Assembly: GCA_050916045.1 (NCBI GenBank)
Contig: CP051526.1
Location: forward strand, 2,368,001-2,432,000
Length of the DNA: 64,000 bases
From: Tepidisphaera sp.
Lineage (GTDB): Bacteria; Planctomycetota; Phycisphaerae; Phycisphaerales; UBA1924
Direction of reading: 5' to 3'
Shown here one piece after another: positions 35,143-44,824 of the stretch. Numbering within the stretch: position 1 is the first letter of the stretch; every line of letters starts with the position of its first letter. The notes under the pieces are model-generated. The model ran no database searches. It was not told the DNA's origin and saw nothing but the letters and a program-made list of their open reading frames with translations. The translations under genes and the position numbers were made by a program.

Positions 35143-35865
35143 TCACTTGGAAGGGACCGGCGTGAGCAAGATGTTCCGCCAACGCACCTCCATCGGCGTC
35201 TCGTTCTTCCCGACATCGTGCACCTGCAGCGCGATGAACCCCTCCGCCGTCCGCCCGTCCTTGAACTCCGTGACCGTCGGCACGTCGTTGATCCAGATCG
35301 AGATCGTGTCGCCGATGGCCCGGATCTTCATCGCGTTCCATTCGTTCTGTTTGAACGCTTTCCGCCCCGCCGCGTTCCCCTCAAGCTTCGCAAGCCAGCC
35401 CCGCCGCCCCTCGTCATACAGCCCGCCCGTCCACGCCCGCTCGCTCGGGTCAATCTCCGCTTGGTACCCGTGCACGCGCCCGTTCTGATACTCCGCCGTG
35501 CTCAAGCTCCGAAACTGCACGCCGCTGTTGACCCGCGGATCGACCTTGAAATCAAGCGTGAGCTCAAAGTCCCCGTACGTCTTCTCCGTACACAAGAATG
35601 AATTCGGCGTGTGCGGCACCGTCGTCCCGACGATCGCCCCATCCTCCACGCGGTAGGTCGCTTTCCCGCCGCGCTGAACCCACCCCGCAAGCGAGACCCC
35701 ATCGAAGAGCTTCACCACGTTGCTCTCGGGCTGAACGGGGGTCGGCAGAGCCGCGTCATCGCGCTGAACACGCTCGCCGCCGCGGCACGCGGCCATCAAC
35801 GCGACCCCCATCGCCCCGACGAACATCCCCAACCTCACCGCCGACTTCAGCACGTTCTTCTTCAT
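35143..35865 (-). CDS. DUF1080 (3-keto-disaccharide hydrolase-like) lipoprotein
   Basis: LFDG.SL.GW, L.T.K.YGDFEL, NSGVQFRS, GYQ.EID, EWN, GFIALQ.H, V.WRNI. Confidence 0.92.
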   Translation of the reverse strand: MKKNVLKSAVRLGMFVGAMGVALMAACRGGERVQRDDAALPTPVQPESNVVKLFDGVSLAGWVQRGGKATYRVEDGAIVGTTVPHTPNSFLCTEKTYGDFELTLDFKVDPRVNSGVQFRSLSTAEYQNGRVHGYQAEIDPSERAWTGGLYDEGRRGWLAKLEGNAAGRKAFKQNEWNAMKIRAIGDTISIWINDVPTVTEFKDGRTAEGFIALQVHDVGKNETPMEVRWRNILLTPVPSK

Positions 35866-38378
35866 GGCTTCTCCTCAGGCAAAGAGTCAATATCCCCCAC
35901 CGTCCACGCCCGTCCCCTCCCCGCCGTCTTCATCCGCACCCGAAGCACCTCCGACCCGAGCACCGGCGCCGCCGCGTTCCCCCACGACCGCCGCACATAC
36001 GTCAGCGTGTCCGCGATCTCCGTATCCACAAGCGTCGCCGCCGCGGGCATCTGCCCGTTGTACACCACACCGTCACGCTCCATGCTCCCATCCATCCCGT
36101 GCAGCAGAATCCGGATCGCCCGTCCCGCATCCCCCGTCGCCCGCGGCGAACCCGCAAGCGGAGGCGTCTGCCCCGGCACGCCACGCCCCTCCGTCCCGTG
36201 ACACTGAGCACAGTTCCTCGCGAACACAGCCTTCCCCCGCTCAAACGACGCTTGCTGCTCCGCCGTCAGCGGCACGGGTTTGGTCCCGCGATCCACCGCC
36301 GGCCGCTCGGGCCAGTCAAACCACACCAGAGCCCGCGCCATCCGCTGATTCTTCTCCGCTCCCGCGACCCACGCTTTCGGCTCGCGAGCCAGCCGGATCG
36401 GCCGCGGCCGCGCGCTCCCGACCCCGATCACGCTCTCGACCCGCCCCATCACCGCTCGCTTGACATCCTCCGGCCATCCCTCGCTCGCGACCGCTTCAAC
36501 CAGCTCGGCCCGCTCCTCGCTCCGCACCCCGCGAAGCACCGACGACGCCAGTTCCGCCACGAGCGCTTCACGCTTCTTCGCATCGCCCTTGATCGCCTCG
36601 CGGATCGCTTCGACCTCCACACCCGCAAGCGAATTCACCACGCAAGACCGAAGCACCGCATCCTGCGGCTTCTCCGTCGCCCCTTTCACCAGCAAGCCCG
36701 GCCTCGCTTCCGGATCACCATCGGATCCCATCGCGAGCGCCGCATGCCAGACGACCCGCTGTTCGGGATCAGCGAGCAAAGCTCCCGCCAGATCCGCCCA
36801 CTCCCTCCGCCCCGCCATCATCCGCGCCGCATGCTCACGCACCGCCGCATCAGCGTCCTTCGCCGCCGCTTCCAGGTCTTCCCCCGTCACGACGCCCAAC
36901 CCTTCGAGCGTCCAGAGCGCCTGCACCCGCGTCACCGCCCGCACGCCGCTCCGAGCCTGCTTGCGGATCAGCTCCGCAACGCCCACGGCCCGCCGCTCGA
37001 CCAAAAGCCGCTGTGCCGTATCGCGGTACCACCCCCGCTCATCCCCCAGCAACTCCACCAATCGTTCATCCGTGGCTTTCGAGAGTTTGACGTTCCCGCC
37101 GTACATCGGCGCGACGTACTTCCCATCCATCGTCACCCGCCAGATCCGCCCCATCGCGACCGGCTGCTCAAGCCCGCGCTCCGCGATCTGTGCTTTCAGT
37201 TGCGGCGTCAGGTACGTCTTGTGCTGGATCACCCCGCGGTACATGTCCGCGATGTACAAAGCCCCGTCCGGCCCCATCGCCGTCGCCACCGGCCGGAACC
37301 GCTCATCCGTCGACGTCAGAAACTCCCGCTTGTCGTACGCGTTCTTCCCGCGCGGCTTGCCACCCGACTCCGTCAGATCCAACAGCCGCACCATGTTCCC
37401 CGCCGGCTCGCACACATACGCGAACCCCTTGGTCCCAAGCCCGCCCCCGCGATCGATCGTCGGTGAGCACGCCGCCGTGTGCGACCTCAGCGTCCCATCC
37501 TCTCTCAGCACGCCCACCTGGTACCCGCGGTTCACCCCCGGCGTCGCTCGCGCTGGCCACACCGTCTGCTCACCCATCACCCCTTCGTTCACACCCGTCA
37601 AGCCACCATTCGCCGACCACCGCGCTGCGAACCACTTCGGCACCGCATCCACCCGCAATGCATCCGAGTTCGGCGTGTAGTAAAGCCGACCCAGGTCATC
37701 CATCGTGATCCCCCACTGCCCGTGCGACGGCGCCGCCCGAGTCACCGCCCGCTCACCATCAAACTTGAACGCGATGTTGTGCTGCGAGAACTCGATCCAG
37801 TTGTCCATCCCGTACAGCAAGCCGTTGGGCGCGTGCTCCGGATTGTCCAGGCCCGCGATCCCCCCGAGCACCGGCTTTCGCTCATCCGCTCGCCCATCGC
37901 CGTCCGTGTCCACCGCGAAATAGACCGACGGCGGCTCGATCACCAGCGCCGAAAGCCGCCCACCCGTCTGAAAGCACGGCATCACCCCGCGCGGCAGCTT
38001 CAGCCCATCCAGAAACACCCGCTTGGTCTCAAACGTCCCGTCCCCGTCGAGATCCTCAAGCACCGAGATCCGGTTCACCGGCTCCTGCTCCCCGCTCGCC
38101 GCCATGTCCCGCATGTACGACGGCATCTCAACCACCCAAAGCCGTCCATCCTCATCAAACCGGATCGCTACCGGCGCCGTCACGTCCGGCTCCGCCGCCG
38201 CCAGTTCAAGCCGATACGCCGGATCCGCGAACGCGAAAAGCCGCTCCGCCGCCTGCGGCGAGTACGCCGGGGCGCTCTCCCCCCGGTGTGCCGCTTCCCG
38301 CGGCTTCGAAAGCACCGCCGCCACGCCCGCCATCACGGCCAACATCCCGATCGCACGCATCCGTGATCGCTCGCTCAT
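35862..38378 (-). CDS. PVC-type membrane-bound dehydrogenase-like propeller/HEAT/cytochrome c protein
   Basis: AAEP.V..PV...FDEDGRLWVVEM, FRPV..GPDGALYIADMYRG, CAQCH heme motif with distal Met (QMP). Confidence 0.88.
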   Translation of the reverse strand: MSERSRMRAIGMLAVMAGVAAVLSKPREAAHRGESAPAYSPQAAERLFAFADPAYRLELAAAEPDVTAPVAIRFDEDGRLWVVEMPSYMRDMAASGEQEPVNRISVLEDLDGDGTFETKRVFLDGLKLPRGVMPCFQTGGRLSALVIEPPSVYFAVDTDGDGRADERKPVLGGIAGLDNPEHAPNGLLYGMDNWIEFSQHNIAFKFDGERAVTRAAPSHGQWGITMDDLGRLYYTPNSDALRVDAVPKWFAARWSANGGLTGVNEGVMGEQTVWPARATPGVNRGYQVGVLREDGTLRSHTAACSPTIDRGGGLGTKGFAYVCEPAGNMVRLLDLTESGGKPRGKNAYDKREFLTSTDERFRPVATAMGPDGALYIADMYRGVIQHKTYLTPQLKAQIAERGLEQPVAMGRIWRVTMDGKYVAPMYGGNVKLSKATDERLVELLGDERGWYRDTAQRLLVERRAVGVAELIRKQARSGVRAVTRVQALWTLEGLGVVTGEDLEAAAKDADAAVREHAARMMAGRREWADLAGALLADPEQRVVWHAALAMGSDGDPEARPGLLVKGATEKPQDAVLRSCVVNSLAGVEVEAIREAIKGDAKKREALVAELASSVLRGVRSEERAELVEAVASEGWPEDVKRAVMGRVESVIGVGSARPRPIRLAREPKAWVAGAEKNQRMARALVWFDWPERPAVDRGTKPVPLTAEQQASFERGKAVFARNCAQCHGTEGRGVPGQTPPLAGSPRATGDAGRAIRILLHGMDGSMERDGVVYNGQMPAAATLVDTEIADTLTYVRRSWGNAAAPVLGSEVLRVRMKTAGRGRAWTVGDIDSLPEEKP

Positions 38379-38435
38379 GCTCCGATGATACACGAACCCG
38401 TGAACACATCCTCCTGCAACTGTTACACTGCCGCG

Positions 38436-39488
38436 ATGCTCACGCGCCTGCTCCTGCTCCTGCCGCTCCTCCTCCTCACCGCCTGCTCGACGACGACCCG
38501 CACCCCCTCCAGCCCCTCGGGCACGCTCATCTTGATCGGCGGCGGCCTCGAACGCGACAACGAGCCCGTCTACCGCCGCATGCTCGAACTCGCCAAGCAC
38601 CCGGCCACAGGCACGCCCCGCATCCTCATCGCCACCGCCGCAAGCCTCGAGGAGAAAGCCGCCGCGGAGAACGCCACAGCCGCGTTCCGCCGCTACGACC
38701 CCGCCGCCACGATCGCCGCCATCTCGCGCGACACCCCGACCGCCGACGCCGTCGCCGCCATCAACACCGCTCAACTCGTCCTCTTCACCGGCGGCGACCA
38801 GAAACGCATCATCGACCTCTACCGCCCCGCCGGCATCGACAAACCCGAAGCCAACGCTCTCCGCTCCCTCCTCGCCCGAAGCGGCACCATCGCCGGCACC
38901 TCCGCCGGCCTGGCCATGATGTCCGACCCGATGTTTCTGACCGGCTCGAGCGACGACGCTCTCGAAAACGGCCCCAAGATCGGCCCCGGCATGGGCTTTA
39001 TCCCGCACATCATCACCGATTCGCACTTCGTCGAGCGGGCACGCTTGGGCCGCCTCTACACGGCTCTGATCGCGTCCAACCGAGCGGTCGGCGTTGGCGT
39101 TGCCGAGAACGCGGCTTCCGAGTTCGACATCGGATCGGGCTTGCTCACCGCCCTCACGAAAGCCCCCACCGTGATCGTCGACGCCGCGGGCGCGAAACGC
39201 GAGGGTGGCACGATCACCAATCTGCTCGCCAAACCGCTGACCGCCGGAGAGTCCATCCAGTTGCACGACCTCACATCCAAAGCCGCACGCTTGGTGTACG
39301 ACGGTGTAGGGATCAACGGCACTGCGCCGATGCAGAGCATCGCCTCAACCGGGCCCAACAAGCGTCACACCTTCTCCGGCGTTCCTGTCGCCGATGGATG
39401 GACCCAGATCGAGATCCGCATCAACGAAGCCCCCAAAGCCCCCGCGCTCCCACCCCTCAACGACGAAAAGCCCGCACCCGCCCGCTGA
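38436..39488 (+). CDS. Cyanophycinase-like peptidase S51, lipoprotein
   Basis: LTAC lipobox; LILIGG, FTGGDQ, GTSAG, DSHF.ER.R.GRL. Confidence 0.88.
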   Translation: MLTRLLLLLPLLLLTACSTTTRTPSSPSGTLILIGGGLERDNEPVYRRMLELAKHPATGTPRILIATAASLEEKAAAENATAAFRRYDPAATIAAISRDTPTADAVAAINTAQLVLFTGGDQKRIIDLYRPAGIDKPEANALRSLLARSGTIAGTSAGLAMMSDPMFLTGSSDDALENGPKIGPGMGFIPHIITDSHFVERARLGRLYTALIASNRAVGVGVAENAASEFDIGSGLLTALTKAPTVIVDAAGAKREGGTITNLLAKPLTAGESIQLHDLTSKAARLVYDGVGINGTAPMQSIASTGPNKRHTFSGVPVADGWTQIEIRINEAPKAPALPPLNDEKPAPAR

Positions 39489-39489
39489 C

Positions 39490-40440
39490 TTACTCCGCCC
39501 CCGCCGGCTGCGGCCCCACATACACCACGAAGTCCGCCCGTCCCAGATCCTCGTCGCGAAGCTTCTCGCTCCACGCATCCACGAAGCTCACCGTCACGAT
39601 CCGCGTCCCGGGACGCATCGCCCGCGCCGCAAGCACCGTCCCGCCCTCCTTGTCGATGTGGAACCGACCGATCACGAGAAGCGTCGGCGTCCGCCCGCTC
39701 GACAGTGCCCTCACGACCGACTCCGCCATCGTCCAGTCCCACGTCGACTGGCTCCGGAACATCGCTTCCGTCCGCTTGCGGCGCGCTTCCGCATCCGCGG
39801 CCGACTCCGGCGCACGCGTCGCGACCGCTCCGTTCATGAACTCATCGAAAGCCTCCTGATACGGCCCCGTCGGCAGCGCATCGGGAACACGCACCAGCCG
39901 CGCCTGCTCCGGCGTCAAGCCGCGAAGCCGGTCAAAGCCCTCCGTCCGCGCCAGCCGCACATACCGCCGCGGCGCGTTCGCCGCGATCACCGGCCGGCCG
40001 CGTCCCTTCGCATCCTCGACCATCTTCCGATGCCCCGCCGGGTAGTTGCTCGCCGTGCGGTTCGTCGCTTTCCGGAACGCTTCCTCGGTCGTGATCCCCG
40101 CGAGGTAATCATCAAGGCCGGTCTGCTCATCGCGCTCGAAGAACTCCATCGCGAGCGCCGAGCTGTCCTCCTGGGCCAAGACCGACCAAAGCTCCGCCGC
40201 CGTCTGCAAGCCCAGCGGATGCCCGTGATTCTCGCCGACCAGCACCGCTTCCGCCACGCGCCCGGCGTTCACGACATCCGACAGGTCCGCTTTCGTCCCA
40301 TCGCCGCGAAAGAACACCGGCGACCGCACCTCGGCCGTCTCCGCCGTCGCGCCGGCTTTCGCCGGGCCCGACGAACACCCGCCAAGCGTCCCGATCGCCG
40401 CCAATGCCGCCGCTGCAACCATCATCGTGAAGGTCTTCAT
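39490..40440 (-). CDS. ChaN-family lipoprotein
   Basis: LGGC lipobox; LVGE.H, LAMEFFER, A.NAPR, Q..WD.TMA.S, G.FH. Confidence 0.85.
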   Translation of the reverse strand: MKTFTMMVAAAALAAIGTLGGCSSGPAKAGATAETAEVRSPVFFRGDGTKADLSDVVNAGRVAEAVLVGENHGHPLGLQTAAELWSVLAQEDSSALAMEFFERDEQTGLDDYLAGITTEEAFRKATNRTASNYPAGHRKMVEDAKGRGRPVIAANAPRRYVRLARTEGFDRLRGLTPEQARLVRVPDALPTGPYQEAFDEFMNGAVATRAPESAADAEARRKRTEAMFRSQSTWDWTMAESVVRALSSGRTPTLLVIGRFHIDKEGGTVLAARAMRPGTRIVTVSFVDAWSEKLRDEDLGRADFVVYVGPQPAGAE

Positions 40441-40449
40441 GCCGACAGT

Positions 40450-41280
40450 CTATCGCGCCGGCTCGACCTCAAGCTCGCTCGGGAGCCGGAACCGCTCCAC
40501 CCGCTTCAATACCTCCGCATCCACCCCGCTCTCGACAAGCCACCGCTCGCTCTCCTCCCGCGCCCGACGAGAAGCGAACCACTCCACGCCCGGCACCAGC
40601 AAGGTCCAGCCCGAAAGCGAACGCCCCCACGTGAACCTGAACTGCGTCCCATCCGGCGTCAGCTCGATCTTCCCAGCCGCCTGCAGTTCCCGAACCCATT
40701 TGTCATGGATCTCGTTCAACCGCCGGATCGATGGCGGGTCCGCCGGCTTCGCCCCGCCAAACCGCGGCAGCAGCCGCCGCAGCACGTCCGCAAGCACCGC
40801 CGGATCACGAATCCGCTCGTAACGCAGCACCTTCGACTCCTGCGTGCTCTGATCCCTGGACCCCTGCATACTCGTGCACGAAACGCTCCCGCCACGAGCC
40901 ACCTTCGCGGCGATCTCAAACGAATGGCTCAGAACCTCTCGCCCCATCGCGGAGAACCCGAGCACCACGCCGAACGCCGTCATCGTCGGGTCCGTCTTCG
41001 AGCGGCACTCCACCAGCGTGTACACCATTCCCTTGACCATCGTGATGCTGCCGTTTCGAGCCCGATGCACCGGCTCGAACCCCGCCGCTTGCAAAGCCTT
41101 CACGACTTCATCGAAACGGCGACGCTGCTTCGCGTTCAGTCGCGACAGATCATCCTCCACCCAGTCGCTCTTCGCAGGCTGCCACTTCCGCAACATCCTG
41201 ACGACGTACGCGAACTTGATCAGCCGGAACGCCAGCAGAACACCGCCGAAAATCGCAAGGGGGATGTACAGTCCGGTCAC
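40450..41280 (-). CDS. Hypothetical membrane-anchored protein
   Basis: N-terminal TM segment; co-oriented with neighbours. Confidence 0.65.
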   Translation of the reverse strand: MTGLYIPLAIFGGVLLAFRLIKFAYVVRMLRKWQPAKSDWVEDDLSRLNAKQRRRFDEVVKALQAAGFEPVHRARNGSITMVKGMVYTLVECRSKTDPTMTAFGVVLGFSAMGREVLSHSFEIAAKVARGGSVSCTSMQGSRDQSTQESKVLRYERIRDPAVLADVLRRLLPRFGGAKPADPPSIRRLNEIHDKWVRELQAAGKIELTPDGTQFRFTWGRSLSGWTLLVPGVEWFASRRAREESERWLVESGVDAEVLKRVERFRLPSELEVEPAR

Positions 41281-41299
41281 GCCGCGCTCCGCCTCGCCG

Positions 41300-42751
41300 C
41301 TACCCGCCCAGAAGCTCTCCGATCAGCGCCGTGTGGCTCTTCTTCCCCATCTCAAAGCACTCAAGCTCGAACTTCTCGTTGGGGCTGTGCACCCGATCAT
41401 CATCCAAGCCAAAGCCCATGAAGATCGTGTCGATCCCGAGTTTGTCCTTCAGCATCCCCGCCACCGGGATCGACCCGCCGCTCTTGATCAGCGCCGGCGA
41501 CTTCCCTGTCGCTTTCTTGATCGCCGCGCTCGCCGCACGCATCGTCGGGCTGTCGATCGGCGTCGTGACGCCGAACCCGCCGTGATGGTCGTTCAGCTCC
41601 CAACGGCATCCCGGCGGCGTGTGGTCCTTGCACCACTTGAAGAACTGCTTGGTGATCTTCTTCGGGTCCTGGTTCGCGACCAAGCGGAACGACACCTTCG
41701 CCGAAGCGCTCGCCGCGATCACGGTCTTCGCGCCCTTGCCCGTGTACCCGCCCCAGATCCCGTTGATCTCCGCCGTCGGCCGGCCCCACTCGCGCTCCAT
41801 CGCGGTAAACCCAGCTTCGCCGATGTCCGCCGCCGGCGGAAGCCCGATCTTCTTGAGCGCCGCTTTGCTGTTGAACTTCAGAGCCTTCCAGTTCGCCCGC
41901 TCCTGCTTGGAGATCGGCACCACCGCGTCATAAAACCCGGGGATCGTGATCCGCCGCTTCTTGTCGTGAAGCTGCGCGAGCACCCGCGTCAATTCCGTGA
42001 TCGGGTTCGGGCACCGCCCGCCCCAGAGCCCGCTGTGCAGATCCTGATTCGCCGCGTGAAGCGTCACTTCCGTGTAGGCCAGCCCGCGCACCCCGTACGT
42101 GATCGCCGGCTTCCCGCGCCCCAGCATCCCCGTGTCCGAAATCAGGCACACATCCGTCTTCTCAAGGTCCTTCTTCCGCGACTGCACAAACGCCCCGAGA
42201 TTGACGCTGCCCGTTTCCTCCTCGCCCTCAAGCACCACCGTGAACTTCACCCCGCCCGCGGGCTTGCCCGTCACCGCCTGCCACGCCCGCAAAGCCTCGA
42301 TGAACATCATCACCTGGCCCTTGTCATCCACCGCCCCGCGAGCCACGATCCGCTTGCCGCCCTCTTCGCCCTTCCGCGCATCGCGAATCACCGGCTTGAA
42401 CGGGTCCGACTCCCACAGATCCAGCGGATCGCAAGGCTGCACGTCATAGTGCCCGTAGAAAAGCACGTGCGGCCCCTTGTACGACGGGTCCCCGTCGCAG
42501 TGCGCCAGCACGATCGGATGCCCGCCCCCCTTCGACAAGTCCCCCGGATGAGCCGGATCCCCCGTCGGACAAATCTCAACCGAAAGCCCGCACTCCCGAA
42601 GCTGCCCCGCCGCCCAGTCCGCGGCTTTCTGGCAATGCGCCCCATACGCCGGATCCGTCGAAATGCTCGGAATCTTCAGCCACTCCACCAGCCGCTCCAC
42701 CGTCTCGCCCTGATGCTGCTGCTGCCACTCCATCGCCGCTTTCAAACTCAT
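41300..42751 (-). CDS. M20-family dipeptidase
   Basis: YGHYDVQP, ARGAVDDKGQ, EGEEETGS, DLHSG, GGSIP, HSPNE. Confidence 0.93.
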   Translation of the reverse strand: MSLKAAMEWQQQHQGETVERLVEWLKIPSISTDPAYGAHCQKAADWAAGQLRECGLSVEICPTGDPAHPGDLSKGGGHPIVLAHCDGDPSYKGPHVLFYGHYDVQPCDPLDLWESDPFKPVIRDARKGEEGGKRIVARGAVDDKGQVMMFIEALRAWQAVTGKPAGGVKFTVVLEGEEETGSVNLGAFVQSRKKDLEKTDVCLISDTGMLGRGKPAITYGVRGLAYTEVTLHAANQDLHSGLWGGRCPNPITELTRVLAQLHDKKRRITIPGFYDAVVPISKQERANWKALKFNSKAALKKIGLPPAADIGEAGFTAMEREWGRPTAEINGIWGGYTGKGAKTVIAASASAKVSFRLVANQDPKKITKQFFKWCKDHTPPGCRWELNDHHGGFGVTTPIDSPTMRAASAAIKKATGKSPALIKSGGSIPVAGMLKDKLGIDTIFMGFGLDDDRVHSPNEKFELECFEMGKKSHTALIGELLGG

Positions 42752-42810
42752 CGCAAATCTCCTGTGGGATCCCAAAAGTAGCCGCGGTTCAGCCCTCAGG
42801 CCCGTTCGCC

Positions 42811-42880
42811 GTGGTACAGGCCTCTGGCCTGTGCCCAAATGCCGGGTGCCATCGGTTGGGTCGCCTCGACCCTACCGATG
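42811..42880. repeat. Two short palindromes, REP-like
   Basis: GGTACAGGCC-TCT-GGCCTGTGCC (42813-42835) and CATCGGTTGGGTCG-CCT-CGACCCTACCGATG (42850-42880). Confidence 0.5.
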
Positions 42881-43061
42881 CTTGTGCGCCGGACGCGGGA
42901 AGACACTAAGGGGACGCGAAAAGCATCCATCGCGAGATGAGCACATTTGCCGCGGCGTCAACGAACCGAATCCAACTGGCACCACCCTCCCCGCCAGGTG
43001 GCACGCAAGCCACCCGCCTCCCTGCGGCTCGGTATACTCGGCCCGATGACCGGCAACGAGC

Positions 43062-43514
43062 TTGCAGATCTCGACATTGAAGGACAGAACACCCACCACC
43101 ACTCGCCCGCCCGCAATCCACCAGTACTTTTTTGAGCGAGGCAGCATGTCAGGACTATTCTGCATTCGATACGGTCAAACATGGGCCCCAAGCCGATACA
43201 CCTTTCAGCAGTTTTGCAGGCTGTTAAGCGCCGTTTTGCCCGATCAACTTCGCGAGGACGTGGCATTGGCCGCTCTTCATGAGTATCTCTCACTCCGCAA
43301 TCCGAAACTGCGCCCGCACATGGACAAGATCCTTTCGTCCGCAGAGTGGGTGTGCGTAGATATCCTTCAGAATCGCATCGAAGGCGAGTCGACTCCCTTT
43401 GGTCCGAACGATCACTGGCGAGTCGAGATCGAGCGTTTGCGTCAGTTGCTGACAGATAAAGCAGTGCTCGGAGACTTGGGCGAGATGGAGTTCGCCGACC
43501 CCGAGTGGACGTAA
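43062..43514 (+). CDS. Hypothetical protein, start uncertain
   Basis: Lower-GC ORF; no recognised motif. Confidence 0.4.
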   Translation: MQISTLKDRTPTTTRPPAIHQYFFERGSMSGLFCIRYGQTWAPSRYTFQQFCRLLSAVLPDQLREDVALAALHEYLSLRNPKLRPHMDKILSSAEWVCVDILQNRIEGESTPFGPNDHWRVEIERLRQLLTDKAVLGDLGEMEFADPEWT

Positions 43515-43548
43515 CGGACGTCGAAACCACGAAACGCGAGCCTTCTCC

Positions 43549-44010
43549 ATGCAAGACTCAGAGTTTGTCGGGTACCCGGTCGATATCGAGACTGTCTGGC
43601 TCGCCGTCGACCGTGACGAACACTTGGCGGCGTTCTACACGAGCGGCAACGGACCGATCCCTCTGGCGGTGCTCGAAGCGACCAACGTGCCTGCCGTGAC
43701 GCAGACCTGGTCTCGATTGAAAGCACTCGCCCAACGCCGTAACGTGCGGCTCGACTGCGCGGACCCGTACGGCAAAATCACGGAAGTCGCCCAGCGCGGC
43801 CTCTATGTCTACGCCTGGTCCTCGGGCGTCCAAGGATCACCGGGAAAGTTCGAGCGAGAAGGTTCTCCTGTGACTCCCCTCAGGCTCGCCGACTTTCCCG
43901 AGGACATTCGCATGATCGCGTCGCTTTCCTTCCGATTCCCAATGTCGTTTGCCCAACTCTCAGTCATCAACGACGTCGGCTGGGCTGGTCGGTCACTTCG
44001 TGTCACCTAG
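43549..44010 (+). CDS. Hypothetical protein
   Basis: W.AVD.D.HLA.F.T.G.GPIP..A.RGLYVY pattern. Confidence 0.55.
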   Translation: MQDSEFVGYPVDIETVWLAVDRDEHLAAFYTSGNGPIPLAVLEATNVPAVTQTWSRLKALAQRRNVRLDCADPYGKITEVAQRGLYVYAWSSGVQGSPGKFEREGSPVTPLRLADFPEDIRMIASLSFRFPMSFAQLSVINDVGWAGRSLRVT

Positions 44011-44146
44011 ATCGACCCGCCGCGCACGTCGATCAAGCATGGACCCACAAAGCCGCCCGCTCTTACGCCCACATCCCCTCCTTATATCGATGCCCATCCA
44101 TCCATCTCGCAAAACAGTCCCCTGCGCTGCCGCTAAACTCAACCCC

Positions 44147-44623
44147 ATGAAGCCCGTCGTTTACATCGAGACAACCATCGTCAGTTACCTCGCTGCCAAG
44201 CCCAGTCGCAACGTGGTGATCGCGGGCCAACAGCGTGTCACCGCTCAGTGGTGGTCTCAACGACGAAGCGCCTTCGACGTCGTGGCTTCGGAGGCTGTCG
44301 CGTTCGAGGCGATGCGCGGCGATGCACTCGCGGCAGCGAAGCGAAGTGCATATCTCGCGAATCTTCGATACGTCCCGCTCGACGAGGCTGTCGCCTCGCT
44401 TGCAAAGCGATTGCTTTCAGGGGGAGGCCTCCCCGCGAAGGCAGCTCAGGACGCTGTGCACGTGGCCGCTGCCACCATCGCAAAGGCAGACTTCCTCCTC
44501 ACCTGGAACTGCCGCCATATCGCGAACGCAGCATTGCGTCCACGCATAGAATCGATCTGCAAGGCCACCGGTTTCAAACCCCCGGTGATCTGCACGCCCG
44601 TTGAGTTGATGGAGGCACCATGA
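44147..44623 (+). CDS. PIN-domain (VapC-like) toxin
   Basis: VYIETTIVSYL, E..RGD, DAVHVA.A, FLLTWNCRHIAN, P.ICTP.EL. Confidence 0.9.
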   Translation: MKPVVYIETTIVSYLAAKPSRNVVIAGQQRVTAQWWSQRRSAFDVVASEAVAFEAMRGDALAAAKRSAYLANLRYVPLDEAVASLAKRLLSGGGLPAKAAQDAVHVAAATIAKADFLLTWNCRHIANAALRPRIESICKATGFKPPVICTPVELMEAP

Positions 44624-44817
44624 AGCCCGTAAAAATCACGAAAGACCCGATCGTCGCCGAGGTCCACAAGGTCCGTGACACGTTCGCCAAGCGACACGGG
44701 TATGACGTGGACAAAATCATCGCCGCAATCGGCAAAGAGATGGGCTCGCGGGCTCGATCAACCGCCAAGCCGCAAGGTCCCAAGAAAACAACCAAACGCA
44801 AACGTCGCGCCGCGTAA
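44620..44817 (+). CDS. Small partner protein of PIN toxin, putative antitoxin
   Basis: ATGA overlap, GGAGG RBS; DPIVAEVHKVRD..A...GYD. Confidence 0.7.
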   Translation: MKPVKITKDPIVAEVHKVRDTFAKRHGYDVDKIIAAIGKEMGSRARSTAKPQGPKKTTKRKRRAA

Positions 44818-44824
44818 GCAACGT

